A program made the translations under genes and the position numbers. Below, piece after piece: positions 31,673 through 32,000 of a stretch of DNA of 32,000 nt. This DNA is from Alkalilimnicola ehrlichii MLHE-1 (GTDB lineage: Bacteria; Pseudomonadota; Gammaproteobacteria; Nitrococcales; Halorhodospiraceae). The notes under the pieces are model-generated. The model worked only from the letters and a program-made list of their open reading frames with translations. It made no database searches and was not told where the DNA came from. The stretch is taken from NCBI RefSeq assembly GCF_000014785.1, contig NC_008340.1:1290001-1322000 (forward strand). The letters are read 5' to 3'. Positions within the stretch are counted from its first letter, which is position 1. Each line of letters starts with the position of its first letter.

Positions 31673-32000
31673 CGCCCCAGGTCACGCTGGCGGGCATGGG
31701 CGTCTTGAACCTACTTGCACCCGTGAACACCACCACGGAATGGATGTGCTCTGGCGGGACACCAAGCGCTGACTCCAGTGCCTTCACGTGCTTGTAATTC
31801 TGGCGAAGGGGGTTCTGGAACTTGAAGGTTTTCTTGTAGATCTTCTGCGTCCACTGAGCCTGACGCTCGCCGCCGAAAATCCAGCCCTTCATGTTCTTTG
31901 TCTCTACCACGAAGATGCCGTAGCGAGACACGAAGATATGGTCGATCTGCGTGGTTCCGTCCGGTGTGGGTAGCGTGACGTTGTGCAGTCGGTGGTATTT
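31673..32000 (-). pseudogene. N-terminal NERD nuclease-domain part of the interrupted gene (runs off window edge)
   Basis: In frame to the window edge: KYHRLHNVTLPTPDGTTQIDHIFVSRYGIFVVETKNMKGWIFGGERQAQWTQKIYKKTFKFQNPLRQNYKHVKALESALGVPPEHIHSVVVFTGASRFKTPMPASVTWG|. Carries QIDH and ETK nuclease motifs. The track ORF 31557..31931 reads on into the IS. Confidence 0.88.

Overview
This is a high-GC gammaproteobacterial-type chromosomal window. Positions 1-24.3 kb look like core genome: hyuB-like hydantoinase, phoB-phoR, a small PstS-like protein overlapping an OprO/P-like porin, a GGDEF/EAL sensor, a HelD/UvrD-like helicase on the minus strand, a PAS histidine kinase, pstS with a tandem Pho-box-like operator, a trimeric-type porin, a Crp/Fnr regulator, PAS-GGDEF, a PAS protein coupled to a CheB-CheR-PAS fusion, a BON lipoprotein and monomeric isocitrate dehydrogenase. 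From about 24.4 kb to the end it becomes an accessory, defence-like island. On the minus strand this holds internally deleted remnants of type I restriction genes (hsdR-like and hsdM-like), an intact RhuM-Fic protein, and an intact two-gene module: a MazG-like NTP pyrophosphohydrolase with a 4-bp ATGA overlap to a PD-(D/E)xK/DUF2075-helicase/S24-peptidase fusion. It also holds a truncated transposase leader. A NERD-nuclease/zinc-ribbon gene is split by a complete 1922-bp IS (IS1634/IS4-like) with readable 13-bp terminal inverted repeats and a 6-bp target duplication. The MazG + nuclease/DUF2075/S24 pair is the best candidate for an undescribed system. No RNA genes or CRISPR arrays were recognised. 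All family calls come from reading motifs, not from database searches.
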